A stretch of DNA of 64,000 nt from assembly GCA_964016885.1 (NCBI GenBank), contig OZ024741.1, forward strand, positions 304,916,001-304,980,000, written 5' to 3'. Numbering within the stretch: position 1 is the first letter of the stretch; each line of letters starts with the position of its first letter. Both the position numbers and the translations under genes were made by a program. Shown here piece after piece: positions 59,080-64,000 of this stretch. A model generated the notes under the pieces. That model did not search any database, had not been told where the DNA came from, and worked only from the letters and a program-made list of their open reading frames with translations. Origin of the DNA: Eledone cirrhosa (Eukaryota).

Positions 59080-60574
59080 ATTGCAAAAGATGAGCCAAAG
59101 TTGTTTATTTATGTTAACCCTTTTGTTATTATATTTCTACTGAATTTTGAAAATATTCAATACCTTGGGAGTATTTAGTAAAATAACTTTCTCATTATTA
59201 ATAAAATTATGATGGAAAGTTTTAATATAAATATAAAAACTTTAATAGAAACAGTTTTGTATTGTAAACCAGGAGTGATTTCAGGTGATTTGGTATTGAA
59301 AGGGTTAACAAAACATGATTATAATAAAAATTATGATGGAAGGTTTTTTAAACATAAATACTTTTGAAATAAACAGTTTTGTACTACAAAACCAGAGGCA
59401 GTGTCAGACGATTTGGTTTTGAAAGAGTTAATAAAACATGGCTCTCAGTTTTCCTAGAATCATGTGATCCAGAGATTGGCCTGTTGAATATTATTGTTCA
59501 TCCACTAATAAAAATGAAATAAATTCCAACTGCTCTACTTGCTACTCAATCTTTTTAAGGAATAGGTCCTGCCTTACTAATACAGTCATAAGAATTCCCC
59601 CAAAATACTGTGCTAATGGTATTTTCTAATTTTCTTTTTCTATTGACTAAGGTTTTCTATAATAATATCAATATCATGTTATAATATTTGTAGCACCTAA
59701 ATAAAACTATTCTGAGTTATCAATATCAAGCAATTATTATTATAAACGATGCTTCAATAAATAAGTGGACTGATTTCATTCTTGGACTGATGTTTATTAT
59801 TTTTCAGAAATGTAATGCTGGTGCCATGATAAAATGCAACCAGTCCACTCTGTAAGGTGGTTGTGTTGGTGCCATCATAAAATGTTGGCTTAACCCTTTA
59901 GCATTTACATAACTCTGCTATTATATTTTCATGGTAAAGGCTTTACTTCACATAATTATCTCACATAATATGCAATCTACGAAATGTTGATGATGTTATT
60001 ATTTATTGTGAGAACAATGCCTTAATGTCAGTATGAGGGGCTAGTTACGGCTGGTTTGCACAGAAAGAGGTGAGGAGATTCTGGCCAGATACAGCTGGTT
60101 TAAATGCTAAAGGGTTAAACGACCCTCTTGCAGGATTGACTGCATGATTTTTATCAGAGCACCAGCACTACCACTTCACAGAGTGGGCTGGGTGTATTTT
60201 ATAATGGCACCAGCACTACCACTTTATATACTGTAGGGTCAGTTATATATAGTGCATAGGCTATAGGTAGGTATTCCCAGGTCTCAAATAATTGTTCAGA
60301 TTTTTACCAACTGTAACTGGTACTTCACACTTCTTTCTAGCTGATACAACGTCCACTTTTATTTATATCTGCCCTGACCATGAAACCTTTTTTTAGACCA
60401 TGTGGAGTAGAGATTTAAAAATACTCTCCGATCTGAACAGATATAAAGATATTTTGTACAGTGTGAGACATATATAAAGACAATTTCGTTGATCTACCAA
60501 AATCATTAGCTGGTAATTGATAGTTGATTACTTAGATTGATTGTTTGCTTGGTGTTTTGGGACTGAATACTGTT

Positions 60575-61320
60575 AAAAACATTAATAATAGGATTTCTAA
60601 TCTTTCTTCTAACAAAGCCATCTTTGACAGCACTTTACACTGCGTTAGCCAACAGTGGCTTCTCTGATAAAATGTCTTACTCCTCTCCTAATCACACTAC
60701 CAGTAGAAAGAAAAATAAAAATAAAAAATAATTTGGTTCTGCCCATCCTTCTCATTCGGAATTAGAACTAATGTAGGTAGGAAATTCTTGGCACTCCTAG
60801 ACAAGCACTTCCTATAGGACATAAATACAGACCTATCTTTAATAGACACAGGGTGAAACTCAGATATTCCTGTGCTAAAAATATGAAAGCCCACATCACC
60901 ACAAACCCCAAGAGCTCTCCCCCACCTAGATGCTTTTGTAGAAGGCCAGAATCATGCCTTTTCAACAACAGTGTAACACACCTACAGTCGTCTATGAGGC
61001 TGAAGTTACATCCACTTGACAGAATCAACAGCAAGTCAAAACATGTAGGTATGTGGGAGGGTTGGTTTAAAGAACACTTCCTTAACCATCAGATGACTTT
61101 TAGAAACACTGATAAGCGCTCGTCCACAAAGCTGGCAAGATCACATATGGTCACTCAAGGATGCAGACGTGAATTTCTCCATTCAGTGGAAAGTTCTAGT
61201 AAATCCAGGCCATATGCAAAAGGAGCAGTGTCCTGTAAGCTGTGTATTGATGAAAGAGTGAATATCTTACCGAGGTTATGTAATAGTACTTGCCTTAACC
61301 CAAGAGCCGATTTTCTTTTT
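60575..61320 (+). mobile_element. Penelope-like element remnant (C-terminal GIY-YIG endonuclease)
   Basis: NRISNLSSN, IIWFCPSFS...TNVGRKFLALLDKHFP, YSC, CFCR, VG..E..FKE..NH, CKLCIDE, LNPR; frameshifted. Confidence 0.8.
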
Positions 61321-61557
61321 TTTTTAACTACTGAAAGTGACCCAGGATAACCAAAAGTTTAACCTGGAATGAACTAACTCAAACGAAAATTGTCTCCCTT
61401 TGCAACAGTCTAATTTAAGTTGTCTCTCTTGTCACCAAACTACCAACATCTGCTGTGCAGAATCCTATCAACTCATATACTTCCGTTCTCACCGCGAATT
61501 GAAAATCCATCCAGTGATGTGAGCGTCCTTGCCAATGGTTTTCTAATTTGTGGAACT

Positions 61558-61560
<3 letters not shown>

Positions 61561-61626
<66 letters not shown>
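61561..61626. repeat. (CT)n(TA)n microsatellite
   Basis: Direct inspection. Confidence 0.95.
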
Positions 61627-61627
<1 letters not shown>

Positions 61628-62079
61628 TCCATCTTTCTTGAGATAGTCAATCTACATCTTTGTTTCTCTGAGTGATACAGAGATAGAGATGCATATAGAT
61701 GTAGAGTGTTTTTACTCACTCCCCTCTCCCGTTACTTTCTTTTTCGATGTCTTCATTACAAACTTATAATTTAATTTATATTGAATGAAACTTTTAATTT
61801 TGAAAAATGGATGAAAAAGAAAAAGAACAAAAAATGATTTTAAAGGAGGTTACTCTTGCTACCATCTCTTACTGATTATCTCCCTTAAAACAAGTTGAAC
61901 GTGTAAGGCATCCTATGATGACAATACAATATTAAGTTCACTTTTGAAATACGTGAATCGAGGTTCGATCCCACTGTATGTCCTCTTTGGTGAATATCTA
62001 ATGCAGCATCAGATTGACAAGTTTGTTTGTGTATTTTCTCCGTGTGTGTCTGGAGTTTACATCCTATGTGAATGAAGTG

Positions 62080-62114
<35 letters not shown>

Positions 62115-63819
62115 GTGTGTGTGTGTGTGTTAAGTATTTCCGTAGAAAAAGTAAAGGAAAGAAGAGTGCTCAATGTATCGTACAGAGCTATTTAATTACA
62201 TAATAAACAACGCAATATAATTATTCCATTACCAAAGGTTTCAAGAAACTAGACGATCCTTATAGAAACGTCCAGCCCGTGAAAGTTTGTATCATGAAGA
62301 TGGTTGGGCAACTAACCAAAAAGTTGATGTGGGAGGGGAAGAATTTCCATCTATTCTGGAATCAGAAGTCAGGGAGGCTTTGAATAGGGTGCCAACAACA
62401 AAGCTGCTGATCTCTCTCTCTCTCTCTCTTGGTCTCTCTCTCTGTTGGTCTCTCTTGATGCTAGGCAAACAACCATCATCACATTACAGAAGTACAGTAA
62501 ATATCTTTTGAATCATTGCATACACCACAACAACTTAAGCCTTGTTTTCTTACATTGTCAACAATAGCCTTGTAGCAGGTTATTAGATGAATAAATATAT
62601 TTAAGTAGCGATCATGTTTTATTTGTTCATTCAACAGCATTTCACAGAGCGCTTTATATGGGACAAGTCTATCTTATACATACCCATCAAGCCAACAACA
62701 TTATTGCTACATCTGTAATGCCACAATGAATATAAACCACTGAACAATGGACAATATCAGTTCTCACCACCAATAATCTACATTGCTACATCTAAACTAT
62801 AATAAAGGAAGAAGTGCGGGACTGTATCCAGAATATATTTTTTTTATCCTGTTTGTAAAATAAGTTGGATTACTTTGAATAAATAATGAATGAATATTAC
62901 ATAATTTATCTACTAAATTTTGTTATTCTTGATTAAAATAAATAATTTTGTTGCTTATTTTTTAAGATTCACTTCTTTAAAATTTTCAAATGTCAACACT
63001 TCCGGTTAGCGATCACTTAAATAAACATTCATATATTTCCGTTACTAATTTTCTCCTAATGCAGTTTATATATAATATCGTCTTTTTTTAATGTATCATG
63101 GATTACGTTACTGATTACATAAGACAGTGTAATGCAGTCTTCGTTCTATTTCTGTGTATATTGTCAATTACGATTTTATTTGATATATCATATCTACATT
63201 CATATATACTTGCATATAATATCAATATGCACGCTACACATGCTAGCAGTTTTTCTGCTAGTATATATAAAATAGTTTAGACAAGTTGATAACAACCAAA
63301 CAAAACAAAGAATAATTTAAAGCTCAAATGTGATTTTATAGTCCTCAGCAAGATAAGTAAATGACAGTTCAGGTTTTAATCCAATCAGTTAATTTCCAAT
63401 CACAGTAGTTTTACAATATCATAGAGCATATATGAAATAATAAAACAACCAGGATTAAATTACATCAAATTATTTAATTGATTTACGAACGTTTCTATCA
63501 ATACAATAAGATGCTCCATTATTTACCTCTGAACTGTTTCTTCAGAATCCATTAAACAATATAGATAACATATTTACCATCAATGTCCAGACATATCCAA
63601 TATATGTGGTGTGTTTGTGAGTATATATATATATAAATAGTTGGATATAAATTATCACTCAAACGTAACATTACAACTGGTCACATGAATTACATGCTGG
63701 ATTTATACATAAAAAAACTCCTCCATGTATAAGATCCCAGGCCAAAAATAATAATTTGTTCAAGATTCAGTTCCAGATTCATTTCAACCAAAGTGTCCAC
63801 ACACAATCCAGTCCCGAAC

Positions 63820-63871
<52 letters not shown>

Positions 63872-64000
63872 GTGTGTGTTTATTTATAAGTCTCTCTCTC
63901 TCTCTCTTTCCGCATATATATATATTCACATGCAGCATCTGTGCTGGGACAGCAAGCAGCAAACAGCCACAGGAAACAAGTACCACCAATCTCTGGGAGG

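Noticed and set aside
63690-63989. 99-aa minus-strand ORF
   Set aside because: Runs through microsatellites, non-ATG start, no recognisable domain

Overview
AT-rich, intron-rich animal genomic DNA; the SINE/RTE/MITE repertoire suggests an octopod cephalopod (inference, not a database result). Three spliced genes were reconstructed by hand, with consistent reading phases across every junction: (1) the last 3 coding exons of a YjbQ/UPF0047-family gene (+, 1559-3694); (2) complete 10-exon OSGEPL1, the mitochondrial tRNA t6A threonylcarbamoyltransferase (-, 25177-5553, 442 aa); (3) complete 17-exon GARS1 glycyl-tRNA synthetase (+, 25414-59079, 764 aa). OSGEPL1 and GARS1 are head-to-head with only 236 bp between their ATGs. 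GARS1 has a uORF, two in-frame ATGs and a U12-type AT-AC intron 11. The introns hold RTE LINEs with a PHD finger, a GC-rich CRE-clade retroelement, a Helitron with cargo, Tc1/mariner, L1/Tx1 and Penelope remnants, piggyBac-type MITEs, SINEs, a minisatellite, a perfect 62-bp palindrome and a minimal hammerhead ribozyme. No CRISPR array, rRNA or true tRNA gene was seen. Most short ORFs in the supplied track are spurious or TE-derived.
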